64,000 nucleotides of DNA, taken from assembly GCF_000143415.4 (NCBI RefSeq), contig NW_003314310.1, positions 676,611 through 740,610 on the forward strand. The letters are read 5' to 3'. Below, in pieces: positions 33,801 to 45,799 of the stretch. The first letter of the stretch is position 1; every line of letters starts with the position of its first letter. The position numbers and the translations under genes were made by a program. The DNA comes from Selaginella moellendorffii (lineage: Eukaryota > Plantae > Lycopodiophyta). The notes below the pieces were generated by a model that saw nothing but the letters and a program-made list of their open reading frames with translations, was not told where the DNA came from and did not search any database.

Positions 33801-36698
33801 TAGATGTCATTTTTGTTTTCCTTTCCAGATCGACTCACGTTGTTTACATGTGTGAAGGATGCTTTATTGATTAGACCAGAAAGTGAGGCTTTACTGCAGT
33901 CTATTTGCGACAGGGAGCGTGTGTCCATGGCTGTGATAGGAAAAATCAGGTACCGTTCTCCATTTTATCACTCATTCGTATTGATAGTTTTCAAAATATG
34001 TTTTAGTGGCGAGGGAAAGATTGTTCTTATAGACAGCGCAGCCCAGAAACTAGCTGAAGCCAACAATGTCTCCCCACCTCCGCCGGCGGTTGATTTGGAC
34101 CTTGAGAAGGTAGAACGTTCGATTTTTTCTTCTTGTCGTTCAGCTAGCATTCATGTCTCAGGTTCTCGGAGACATGCCACGCAAAACATTTACTTTTGAT
34201 AGGAAACCAGTAACTTGTGAACCTCTAGATATTACGCCAGGAGTCTCGGTGAGGGATGCCTTGAGACGTGTGCTCAGTTTACCATCAGTGTGCTCGAAGC
34301 GTTTTCTAACGACAAAGGTTTAAATACTTTGGATAACAGCTGGTCGTCTTCTAAACATTTGCCTTGTGCAGGTTGATCGATGTGTCACCGGACTGGTAGC
34401 TCAGCAGCAAACTGTTGGACCCCTGCAGCTCCCTTTGGCGGACGTTGCAGTCATTGCTCAGGTGTCTAGTGATAATCTTGTTGGCATCTCACGTTCTGTT
34501 ATTCCAGAGCCATCTTGATCTCACCGGTGCTGCTTGCGCTATTGGTGAACAACCGACCAAGGTAGATTGAAAATTCTTTACTTTTTTCTGAAGACAATTT
34601 GCAGGGACTGCTGAATCCTGCAGCCATGGCTAGGGTGGCGCTTGGAGAAGCTTTGACGAATCTTGTTTGGGCTAAGGTACTCTCATCTTGATTGTTACAA
34701 CACCTTATGATGTGTATAAGTTCGCAGGTTACCGCTTTGAAGGATGTCAAAGCAAGCGGGAACTGGATGTACGCTGCAAAGCTTGATTCCGAAGGAGCAG
34801 ATATGTACGATGCTGCCGTTGCTCTTCGCGACGCTATGATCGAGCTTGAGGTCGCAATAGACGGTGGAAAGGACAGCTTGTCAATGGCTGCTCAAGCAGG
34901 TGGTGAAACCGTCAAGGCACCCGGGAATCTCGTCATTAGTGCGTATGTGACTTGTCCAGACATTACACTCACCGTCACCCCTGATTTGAAGGTACTGAAA
35001 TTCAGATCCCTTTCATTCAAATCCGATTACTTGCTTCTTCCAGTTGGGAGATGAAGGTGTTCTTTTGCACATTAATGTTGGGAGTGGCAAAGGTCGTCTA
35101 GGAGGTTCTGCACTGGCCCAAGCTTTTGATCAGGTCTGAGACAAACTGTGTTTTTCTTTCCTTGCTAACTTCCACTGCAGATTGGTGATACTTGCCCGGA
35201 CGTTAATGCCCAATATTTAAAACGTGCCTTCAATGCGACGCAGGTGATCTTGTCATTCATCGCTTTTCTTTTTGAAACCATGTGGATTTTACTGCGGACA
35301 GGACCTTATTGGCAAGAAACTTATTTCTGCGGGACATGATATCAGCGATGGTGGAGTTATAGTTTCATTGCTAGAAATGTCTTTTGCGGGCAATTGTGGC
35401 ATTGAAGTAGACATTCCCGCTTCAGAACCGGACACAGCGGCTTTCAGCGCGCTCTTTTCGGAGGAACTTGGACTTATTTATGAGGTTGGCCAAAGTATTC
35501 ACGTTTTATTAACTCACTTCCTCCTGTGCAGGTTCATCGCGGCAACTTGGGCAAAGTGATTGAAGTTCTTCATAGTCACGGAGTAGTCTGTGAAGTATTG
35601 GGACGTGTGAGATCAGAGCCGACAGTAAAACTCTCCGTCAATGGTAAACTATACCTTGACGAGCCGACAGCGTCTCTGCGGGACACCTGGGAGGAGACCA
35701 GTTTTGCTTTGGAAAAGCAGCAATGCCTCGAGTCCTGCGTGAAAGCTGAGCAAGAAGGGCTGAGTTCGAGGACCACTCCACTCTGGAATCTTCCTTCACT
35801 GCCCACAAAGATCAACAAGCAAGCTCTGATGTCGACGAAAAAGCACAAGGTCGCTGTTATCCGCGAAGAAGGTAGCAACGGTGACCGGGAAATGGCAGCT
35901 ATGGTTTACTGTGCGGGATTTGATCCCTGGGACGTTTCCATGTCCGACTTACGGGACGGGAAGGTTTCTCTAAGCGACTTTAGAGGGCTGGTCTTCGTCG
36001 GCGGTTTCAGCTATGGAGACGTCCTCGACTCCGCCAAAGGCTGGGCCGGAACTATACGATTCAACAAGTCTCTTCTTGACGAGGTAAAACGTTTTCTTCT
36101 CTTTCGGGAGGTCTAGCAAAGTGGTCTTGTCTTGCAGTTCCAAAAGTTTTATGATCGTCCTGACACCTTCAGCCTTGGAGTTTGCAACGGCTGCCAACTT
36201 ATGGCTCTCCTGGGCTGGGTTCCCGGAGTGAAAGACGTCGGCGGCGACAAGTCACAGCCCCGGTTTGTCCACAACGAGTCGGGACGCTTCGAGTGCCGCT
36301 TTGCGTCGGTTACCATCGAGCAGTCCCCGGCCATCATGCTCAAAGGCATGGAAGGCACGACGGTGGGAATCTGGGTGGCCAACGGCGAAGGCCGCGCATT
36401 CTTCCCTCAGCCCGAGATATTGACGGAAGTTCTCGACTCCAACCTGGCCCCGCTGCGCTACTGCGACGACGCTGGAGAGGTGACCGAGCAGTATCCTTTC
36501 AACCCGAATGGATCTCCGAGAGGTGTCGCGGCCCTGTGCTCGCCGGACGGGAGGCACTTGGCGATGATGCCTCACCCGGAGAGGTGCTTCATGATGTGGC
36601 AGTTCCCATGGTACCCGAGGGAGTGGCAGATCGATCCGGCGGGGCCGAGTCCCTGGCTCAAGCTCTTCGAAAACGCTCGCAACTGGTGCCAGAACTAA
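30872..36698 (+). CDS. PUR4: Phosphoribosylformylglycinamidine synthase (large single-chain PurL/FGAMS) with predicted organellar transit peptide, >25 exons
   Basis: EFGPRLSFTTAWSANA, RNPTNVELFDIAQSNSEHSRHWFF, IGFKDNS, AETHNFPC, GAETGAGGRIRD, DYGNKFGEP, KPIMFSGG, DFNAVQRGDAEM, IHDQGAGGNCN, GGKDSLSM, HDISDGG, REEGSNGDREM, GGFSYGDVLDSAKGW, SLGVCNGCQL (catalytic Cys) and MMPHPER. The in-frame spliced N-terminus from ATG 30872 is Ser/Ala/Arg-rich. Confidence 0.95.
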
Positions 36699-36864
36699 AA
36701 AATATGAGGAGAAAAATTTGGAGCTGAATCTCTAGAGATAAAGCAGTCCCTGGACAGCATCAAGATCTTCACTGCGACCAGCTTGTGGCAATGTTGATTG
36801 GAAAAAAAGATGGTTTTGATAGAGTGTTAGAAGAAACATTCATCCCAAGCCTGGCGCTTCTTTC

Positions 36865-37659
36865 TCACTTCTTCTTTTGGGTGCTTTTCTTCTTCTGGTC
36901 TTTGCCTTGGGGCTTAGCGTTGGTCTTTTCTTGTTTCCTCGGCTGGCTAGACGGCTTTACGCTCGTCTCCAGGAAAGCGTGGACCTCCTTTCTCCGCTGC
37001 TGGATCATGGCGATCGTCCCCTTGTTAAACTCCTCCCGGAACTCGTTAAACTCCTTTCCAAAGCAGCCATCGCCAATGCAAAACAGCCTCTTGAGGAGCG
37101 GCGCCACGACATGCGCGGTGCACACGCCCTGCAACAGCGGCGCCGACTCAAACTTGCGAGCCACGGCCTCCGCCACGCTAGCACCGCATGGCGACACAAA
37201 GCTCTCGAGCAGCGAGCTCTCCTGGGCGGTGAAGTAGAGCGGGGACTTGAGCAGTCCCGCGGCGGTGGGAAGCAAGTAATCAATCCTCTCCTGGGCACCT
37301 CTTGCGTGGTCGTAGTCCACCAGGTCCGCCACAAACGCCAGGAGCTTGAAAAACACCTTCTTGCAGCCGGACGATCGGAGCTGCTGCTTGCATGCGACAT
37401 GCTCCTGGTGTGAGCTGCTCCAGGACGTGTAGAGCGCCTCGAATCCGCTAGCCTGCGGATTGCCCTGGAGGAGATGCGAGCTCCACAGCGCCGGGGTCAA
37501 GGGCAGTGGCGGGCTGCTCGGAATGGCCAGCTCGTCCAGGCAAACGCCCTCTTGGTGCTGCGTCTCCACGTACTCGAGAAGCCCAGTCGGATCCAATCTC
37601 ACATCGCTGATGTTGATCGAGTGTGGCGCATCTGGCTCCGAAAACACGTACCTCCACAT
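36865..37659 (-). CDS. Orphan/hypothetical protein (264 aa, single exon, Lys-rich C-terminus)
   Basis: Uninterrupted GC3-rich ORF with ATG start and two telo-boxes (AAACCCTAA) 40-100 nt upstream. No recognised domain. Confidence 0.65.
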   Translation of the reverse strand: MWRYVFSEPDAPHSINISDVRLDPTGLLEYVETQHQEGVCLDELAIPSSPPLPLTPALWSSHLLQGNPQASGFEALYTSWSSSHQEHVACKQQLRSSGCKKVFFKLLAFVADLVDYDHARGAQERIDYLLPTAAGLLKSPLYFTAQESSLLESFVSPCGASVAEAVARKFESAPLLQGVCTAHVVAPLLKRLFCIGDGCFGKEFNEFREEFNKGTIAMIQQRRKEVHAFLETSVKPSSQPRKQEKTNAKPQGKDQKKKSTQKKK

Positions 37660-37683
37660 CCTTCTCCTTCCTTTCGCCCCTCA

Positions 37684-37760
37684 CCCTTTTCAAAAGTTTA
37701 GGGTTTATGAAGATACCAACGATAAAAGTATATCCCCTTTTCAAAGGTTTAGGGTTTGTA
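37684..37760 (-). promoter_or_regulatory. Duplicated telo-box unit upstream of the orphan ORF
   Basis: CCCTTTTCAAAAGTTTAGGGTTT and CCCCTTTTCAAAGGTTTAGGGTTT, ~50 nt apart. Confidence 0.55.
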
Positions 37761-37895
37761 GCGTGGAAAGTGATGGAAATCCTGGAACGATTGTCTTTCT
37801 GGCATTGTAGGACCAAAACCAACAGGTGAACGTGGAGCTGTGGAAGGACGGTTTGCGATGTAGCCCATGCTCCTTTCCCATTATGACTTCCAAAG

Positions 37896-40296
37896 CTAAG
37901 AGAGCGCTCCAGCCTCGGCCTTCTCCATGGACAGCCTCTCCACGCTAGTATGAGTCTCGGACGCGTCGTCCACGAGCTGGCGAGCCTTGTCCACCTTTCC
38001 AAGCTTCCGGAGGCCCCTCACCACATTGATATACGTGAAGGCATCGGCCGGGAAGCCAGCGTCGGCCATTCTCTCCACAACCTCGCAAGCGTCCTCGGCT
38101 TTCCCTGCCTTGCACAGCCCGTCCACCACCATCTTGTGCATCACGAAGTCGGGCTTGCACAGGCTCGTCTTGAGCAGCTCCAGAGCCAGGTCCTCCAGAC
38201 CGTTCCTCGCCAGCCCGTCCAGCAGCGAGTGATACAAGACCGTGTCCGGGAGGACGCCTCGCTTGACCATCTCCTGGAAGATGGCGTGAGCACCGGCCGC
38301 CTGGCCGCTCCTGCACAGCGCCGTGATGATGATCGTGTAGGAGAAAACGTCCGGTGTGCATTTGGCCGCGACCATCTTGGCCAGAAACGTGATGGCCTCG
38401 TCGATACGTCCTGCCTTGCAGAGGCCGTCGAGGAGGGTGTTGTAAGTCACCAGGTCCGGCGTTGATCCCCTGGCTTTCATCGTCTCCAGGTGGCTGAGAG
38501 CGTAGTCGACTTTGCCGGCTTTGCTCAGGGCGTTGAGGATGGAGGCGTCCGTGAAGGAATCTGGAAAAACTCCCTCCTTGCTCATCTCTTCCAGGAGGTC
38601 GCAGGCCCGGTCCAGCTTGCCAAGCTTGCAGAGTCCGTCGACAAGAGCGCTGTATGTCACAACGTCTGGGGACAGGCCGTAGTTGGCCATTTCGTTCACG
38701 AGCTCCTGAGCCTCGTCCAGCTGCTTGGCTTTGCAGAGGTTGTCCACCATGATGTTGTACGTTTCCAAGTTGGGAGGGCAGTAGAACTCCTTCATGCTTT
38801 TCATTCTCTGGAACAGCAGCACGCCGTCTGGGAGCCTCTTAGACTTGCACACCGCGTGGATCAGCGTGTTGAAAAGCTCGGCACTCGGCGGATGGTTGCG
38901 AGAGATCATCTCCTCGAAAGTTTTGCACGCCTCGTCTAGCATCCCGCTTCTGCATAGATGCTCAATCATTTGGCTGTACGTCGCAGCTAGCGGAGTTACT
39001 CTCTTGACCGTCCTGAACAGCTGAAATGCCTCTGGAACCTGGAAAAAAAACAAGAAAAAGATCAGTAAAAGTTCCAGAGGTGAGTTGGGTGTTTCTTACC
39101 TTGTTTCCCATGCAAAAGCAACAGACGAGGGTGTGCAATGTTGACGAGTCGATTGGAACTCCCCTCTCTGTAAGAAACGCGAAGAGCTCCAAAGCATCGG
39201 ACAGTGATATCAGCTGGCCTTCCTCCACAGTCACTCTTTTGCGACCGAAGCAGCTTCCCACCATCTCGACAAGCAACTTCTGGGCCTCCTCGGCATGGCC
39301 TTTCTTGCAGAGAATCCCAATCACGGTGCTAAACGCCACAGCATCCGCCTTACTCCCCTTCGTGACCATCTTCCGGCAGCAGTCGCAAGCCTCGGCCACC
39401 CGGTTCGCCTTGCAAAGCCCGGTCACGAAGGAAGTATACGCTACAAGGTCTGGAACACAGCTCTTCTCGACCATCTCCTCCCACAGCCGGCAAGCCTCGT
39501 CCAGCCTCCCAGCCTTGCAGAGCCCGTCGAGAAGAGTGCTGTAGCTTATCACGTTTGGCTCGCAACCAGCCTTGGCCATGTACTCAAAGAGCACGAAAGC
39601 CTCGCTCATCCTCTCGCCCGAGCACAGCCCCTTGAGCAAGCTATTGAAAGTCACCACGTCCGGAACGCAGCCACCACCGGCGCTCATCGTCTTGAAAATC
39701 TCCAGAGCGTCGTCCACTCTCGACGCCTTGCAGCAGCCATCGATCACGACGCTGTAAGTTATCACGTTGAGCTTCACTCCACTCTCGCGTAGCTGGCCGA
39801 GGAGCTCCTTGGCCTTGTCCAGCTCCCCGGCCTTGCAGAGGCCGCGAAGAACAATGCTGTAGGTGAAATCGTCGGGAGGATAGCCACGCCTTTGCATCTG
39901 CTGGAACTTCTCATAGGCGAGCTGGCCAGCGTTTGCCTTGGCTAGAGCGTCGAGGAAGCAGTTATACGTGAAGACCGAGTGCTGGTATCCCTTTTGCCTG
40001 CCCAGCCAATCGAAGAGCCTCACGATCGTGGAGATCTTCCCCAAATGCCGCAAAACCTCTCCCACTACTGTGTACCTTCCAAGCATCCCATTCCATCCCC
40101 CGATCACCCGATCCAAATCGTCCTCGTCGCCGGCCTCGCGCAGCAAGCCGATGATCCTGGCCGCCACCGGCGAGCACTTTGGAGGCGAATACACTTCCCT
40201 ACCAGGATTGTGAGCCGCAGCCTTGGGAATGCTCGTTCTCGATCTCACCTCGCTGCTCAAATGCCGGCTCCCAGGCGGCGCAATCCGGCGCCACAT
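37896..40296 (-). CDS. P-class pentatricopeptide repeat protein (~18 PPR motifs, one intron 39039-39099), likely organelle-targeted
   Basis: Tandem 35-aa motifs such as DVVTYSALVDGLCKLGKLDRACDLLEEMSKEGVFP and NVISYSTLLDGLCKAGRLDEACRLWEEMVEKSCVP. Arg/Ser-rich N-terminus MWRRIAPPGSRHLSS. The two ORFs join in frame via AAG|GTAAGA...TTCCAG|GTT. Confidence 0.93.
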
Positions 40297-40499
40297 AGAG
40301 CGCTGATCATCGAGGCCCTCGATCCGAATCAAAATGCGGACGAACGAGACTGGGCATTCTCGTGTCCCTGATAGTTTGCGTTGCCCTAGAGTTTTGGCGC
40401 AAAAGCCCTAAACCCATACCAAAGAGCCCTAAAATCCGGCATTTTGGCGCCATGTATCGGCGTCAAGGAGCTTCACTCACCGCTACCCGGGTGAAGGGT

Positions 40500-40815
40500 C
40501 GTTAAGCTCAGTAGCGTGGTGGATTCTTGGTGGACATGTTGGTGGCCTGCTGAATTTCTATGGAAAAATTTGTGAGAGTCCACCGCGCTCGATGCTTGCA
40601 CGAGATGGCTGGACAGGGATGTACTTGCAGCTCACAAGAACACGGACAGGGATTTCTTTGCATTTTCGTGCCCGACAGTATGATTTTTTATGTGTGCAAA
40701 GCGCGGTGGCGAGTTTTCGACCAGCAGGATTCAGCTTCTGGAATGTATGTTCATGGGATATGCAAAAGGTGGTGAGCCTGAGCGAGCTCTCGAGTTATTC
40801 TCGTCCATGCATGGG
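40500..40815 (+). pseudogene. Degenerate PLS-class PPR gene fragment
   Basis: Frameshifted remnants ARWRVFD, FWN and GYAKGGEPERALELFSSM. Confidence 0.6.
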
Positions 40816-42554
40816 AAGATTGGATGGAAAATGCAGCTTGGGTTTCATTGATGAAATATCTCATTTCATGGAACATCAAGATCAAAGCACACTTTAAAAG
40901 CACACTTAAAGAATCAAAAGCATGTAAACTTGTGGAAGTCTTGCATAAACACTACAAACTCTTTCTGATTGGATGCTTCACTGGATAATACTCAAAGCAC
41001 GAACTTGCTTCATCTGATAACCAAAAGCCTCCAGAGAGAAGAGTTATTCCATCCAATTTTGTTACAACCAAGCATTCAGGGTTTGGAGTAAAGATGTTTG
41101 GCCATTCTGGGAGAATTCCTAGTGCTGGCATTTATAAAGTTCCTATAAGAATTATGGAGTTCAGTAGACCTTTGGATGCATCATTTTTCCAATTATGGCC
41201 TTTATTATCATTGGATATATTAATTTCATCCAACACTTGTCTCACACATTATTTAATTATTGCTTATACTGATCACTTCTAATGATTAGACACTAAATTT
41301 CTCGTCTTTTTCTCTGTAATCTCTAACCATGTTTCTCTATTAGAACTATACCATGCCCCATTTAATGTGTTCCACCACCAAGTCCTCATAAGATCATTGT
41401 TGGTGAGCCAGAGTTTACTTAAATTGGACCTCTCCAACTCAACAGCTTTAATGCAACTCTCATCTTGTTGGAAGTTTTTACAATGGTGTTACGCTTGGTT
41501 GTTTTCTCCAGCACATTCAATTTGCTATCAGTACCCATTCCATTGCCAATTATCAACCATCCTACCACTCGCTCCTCACTACCTCTCACAATATAAACAT
41601 TGGCTTGGTGATCATGTCAAATCTCAAGATGGTGAGAGAATTTCTCAACCACCTTTTCAACTTTGGTACATCCTCTAGAAGTCCAAGGACATGGTGCTTG
41701 CTCCATAAAGAGCACTAGAGAAACATAAGGAACTTCGTTTCTTATAGTGGGGTTATATATGTGAGAGTATTAAAAGAACTGCATCACCTCCACGCTCTGC
41801 ATCATTGACCTCACCACCGTCCCAATCGAGAGCATCCCCCCCAGCAGCCAAGTCGTGCTGGAGTAACAGCTTAATAAGTGTGTTATATGTAATATTAGCA
41901 CTCACCTCTTAAAAAAACTCATGTCTTTAAGCTATTTCTGTTATATTTGTTAGATATTTGCAGCTGTTATGCTTGAGTTGAACTGTTTGCTGATGTAAAA
42001 CTCTCCAAGAAGAATAGTCTTTGCATATTGATGAAGTCTTTAGTGGCCACAAGTTTCTCCCTCATCTCTTCATATCCAAAATCATTCACAATCTGGGTGA
42101 TATATATAGAAAGTCTAGATAAAATTGCCATCATAAGCTGGAGGTAGTTTTGCTACCTAAAATATCCATCCCTCTAGAAGATCTTATATATTTTATTCTT
42201 TCTTCGTGCTCTAGTATGCTCTTTTTATTGTTACTAAGCATTCTCAAAGCCAAACACCCATGCAGTGATCAAGGAAGCCTGCCTTACCCCTTCTCATCCC
42301 ATACCAATCAAACCTGTGACACCACTGTCAAAGAAGAATTTTGAGCTTCTTCTAATTGGATTCAGGATGGCTTTATTAGTAACAATGTCCTAAATAGAGA
42401 AAAATTAATAGTAAACATTTACAAAAGAAATAGATTGAAGAATATCCTAAAATATATTTGGATGTTTCAGAAACGAAGAATTTTTATTTTTACAAAATAA
42501 TAGTTGTGGTAGTAACCCAAAAACATCAATTATTTTCTTTTAGAGACTTGTAAA

Positions 42555-42992
42555 TTAAATATTACAATTAAACAATACCATTGACATATTTATAGAAGAG
42601 TTTGTCTCCCTAAGCTCATCTCTTGAATATTCTACTTGTAAAGAAATATCACTTAGCGCAATTATACCTCCATAAAATAAACATATATCCCATATATCAC
42701 TAACTGCTTCTATGAAATCCCTAAATATAAATTCATGGGATTGCCTAACCCTGAAAAAACAACCCAAACTTCCAACTCGAGCCATATAATATCCCAGCAT
42801 AGATAAACCAAAAGCAAATCTATACCAAACTAGGTTCACACACCTACAATAGTCTTGATAATTTGTTCCTCTTTGGAATGTTGTAATGCACCTTTGGAAG
42901 TGTATAGAGGAGTATGAATGAGTCTTTTTAATGCAAAAAGAAAAAACAACCATGGCAATAAATACTAATATATGGGATTTTTGAGATTCCAT
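42555..42992 (-). CDS. Small secreted Cys-rich protein, unknown family (paralog A, 145 aa, intronless)
   Basis: Intact ORF in AT-rich DNA with a hydrophobic signal-peptide-like N-terminus. Clearly homologous to 56975-57427 (FQ.CITTF, YC.C, VWY.FAF, VGSLGCFF.VRQ, IW.ICL, SRDEL, MVLF.C). Confidence 0.8.
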   Translation of the reverse strand: MESQKSHILVFIAMVVFSFCIKKTHSYSSIHFQRCITTFQRGTNYQDYCRCVNLVWYRFAFGLSMLGYYMARVGSLGCFFRVRQSHEFIFRDFIEAVSDIWDICLFYGGIIALSDISLQVEYSRDELRETNSSINMSMVLFNCNI

Positions 42993-43779
42993 GCCTATAG
43001 AGATTTAATGGGTTTATAAATTCTTAAATTTATATAACTTTGTCCCGGGACAAATTTGTTGATAAAGGTTTCATTTTTTTTGTTTTTTCTAAATTATTAT
43101 TTGAAAATTAAAATCGTAGTTTCTGATTATAAAATTTTTCGTTCTAGAAATATATTATTTGATGGACTAAATTCATTATCAACCCACTATATATATTTTC
43201 AGCATTTACAGCCAAAAGAAGCTTGGAGGAGCTTCTCTCCTCACAACAAATTTCACCTCTCCTTGCTTCCTCCATTTGACCAATTATCAATGAACTAATG
43301 GATTCCATCAATCCAGAGGTTAGCCACTACTCTAGAATCCAAGTTACAATGAGTGGATCATGAATCTGGATGGGCAAAGTCTATGATCATGGGGCCACCT
43401 TAGACTATATCTTAGTTAATTCTTCTACAATAAGTCCAAGGCAATATAATCAATAGAATTTGGCTAATGCAGCAAAATTGAAGTCACCTTACTTGTACTA
43501 AATAAACTACCTAATGATTATACAAAGAATGCTGGTTACTATAGCAAACAATTTGATGATATCACCTACATTTCAATTGTTTTTAACTTTGCTTCATTTT
43601 AATTGGACAAGAGCACAATAAGAGGGCACTTTTCATGCCTATATAATTGGGAAGTGATCATGGTTTTAGTTATGTTCATTCTCATAATTATATATGATTA
43701 AAATTTTTAACCTTGCCTTACCTTTTGTAGCCTAATATACATACTTCTCTTAGTAGTTGATCTCTTATAAACCTTCTTG

Positions 43780-44300
43780 TCACAAACATTTATGAAATAG
43801 ATAGCTTCATCCATTTATTAGCAGTCTAAAATGCCTTGAAATGCTCTATCTAATTTTCTCTAGCGACTTCTTTTTACTTTTGGGCTTTGGATGTCTACCT
43901 CTATAGACTTCTTTATTAATCTTCTGTATTCTTGAGGATTGATACTGTCTTTATTGTGGTTGATTGGTTTTTCAAAATGACATTTTTCACTTTTATGGAT
44001 TGCTATAATATTATTAGTGATCAAAATCCTTAATTTATTTTCACCTTTTAGCACTAATTTCTTTCTTTCCTCCACATCAAAGGTAAGTTGTCAACTTCTT
44101 ATCATCCTCAAGTTGATGGGCAATTAAAGTATATTATTTAAACACTTAAAGTAATATTTCCCATCAACATGATTGAGTTTCTTCTTTCTAATAAGTTTAT
44201 TTATAACAATTCTTAACACTCTTTGTTATTCTTTGTTAATTATGGCTTTTATCCTCATTAATCATATTAATTAGTCATACCCAAGATGACAAATTACCAA
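43780..44300 (-). mobile_element. Possible decayed Ty3/gypsy reverse-transcriptase remnant
   Basis: AT-rich, stop-riddled region with KSEKCHF...IEVD..P.VK...RAFQG, resembling the gypsy RT 'K.EKC.F...GI.VD...P...K..RSFLG' segment. Confidence 0.25.
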
Positions 44301-45799
44301 CCAAGATTTGTCTTCTTTGTTATCACCACTTGCTCTTGTAACAATTTAAAAAGTCAAAACTTAAGTTTATGCTCTTTCATACTTTTGAGGTTACTTACCA
44401 ACTCAATCTTCCTTCATCCATGGATCTCTAAGTTGAGGAAATTTTATCAATACCAACTCACTTTGTTAATCACCTTCTTGATAATGTGGTGGAGCTATGC
44501 CATACATTGTAAGAATACATTTGATATTCTTGTATCACTAAAGGCATGGGGATTCATGTGCCAGGTTCTGGGCAGCAAGCTCTACGTTCTTGGGATGGAG
44601 CTGCAGAAGGCAAGTATATCAATGTGCAAATTGGAACCATAGTCTTCCCTGCCACGCCACCACTATATGAATTGACATCACAGCTTTGGGAGGGCAATGA
44701 AGGCTATTCTCCATCTGGTGATGGTGATGGAGTAGCAATGCCATTGATTCGTGTGTGAAACGAGTGGAACCACAACATTCGCAACTTAGCCTCCAGGTTT
44801 GCATTCTAAAACCAACTTCGTTTGTTAACTTCACACTCAAATGTTTCTCTGATTCAGGAAGAGTTCAGAGCATACGCTGAGATCATGGCATCCCAGAGAA
44901 TCACATCCCCTTCTTCAGGACAGCTTCTCAAAGGAGGTATGTGCGTGTGTACTCCCTTCTTCCACATTGTTTTCCTTTGAGAGCTTGTTCTCGTCTCTAG
45001 AGCTCAAAAAGCAAGGTTCTTCATCTCCAGTCCAATTTTCAGGCGCTCGTTTCGTTCAAGGTGACATACATTGATTAAGATTCAGGGAAGTCGAAGATTT
45101 TGCAAGGAGACTAAATGCCGACTGGCCCAGCCAAGACTTAGCATCTCGGAGGAATCAAGAACACAGGCTTTGGACGCCGACGACGACAAGCCCAACACAT
45201 ACTTATTGTCAGCCAAAGACACACGAGCTTGTTGGATGATCCCATTTCTAATTTTTCTAGTTCAAATAACTTTTTCTTCTTCTTTGTTTCTGAACAGCAA
45301 ATATTAAAGTTCTCTATGTACGTGTTAATTGAGGAAATATTCATTTAGTGGAATTTGGTTTTTGGATCTGGTTGGATTGCTCGAGTCCCTATTCGAGCTT
45401 CATACATAAAAAGACCACTGGCAGAGATTTTTGTGAAAACATCCAGTTGCCATGTTCTTCAATTTATCCAGATCCCTCACTCGAGTCCATCAACCTCCAT
45501 CCCTCCAGAACACATGTCGATGTCAGGCGGATCTCGGCCATGGAGAAGATCAATGGCTGGTTCTGACTCGAGCCCATCAACCTCCACGGCAGAGCAAGGT
45601 GACGTGTTTGGAAGTAGAGAAGGCCCTGGAGATTCAAGATAAAGATGAGTACCCCTCTTATCTCAGCTCGCCAGTATTTTGATCTTATTCATTGCCCAAG
45701 AAGCAAGTTTTGTTAGTGACTAATGTTGGTTTTAGAATGGGGCAAAAAATGGACCAGGAGTGATGCTTCTTGGGGTTAGGATCCCCAGGCAAGGCCATC

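Noticed and set aside
29700-40400. Numerous antisense or alternate-frame ORFs over RSL1D1, FGAMS, the orphan gene and the PPR gene
   Set aside because: These are shadow ORFs caused by high GC3 codon usage of the real genes.
40390-40452. TTTGGCGC E2F-like sites upstream of the PPR gene
   Set aside because: Two short matches with no functional context linking this PPR gene to S phase. Insufficient evidence.
44540-45700. Exon-like fragments (44546-44758, 44858-44937, 45450-45640)
   Set aside because: They have splice-like signals but contain stops and give no recognisable protein, so they cannot be assigned.
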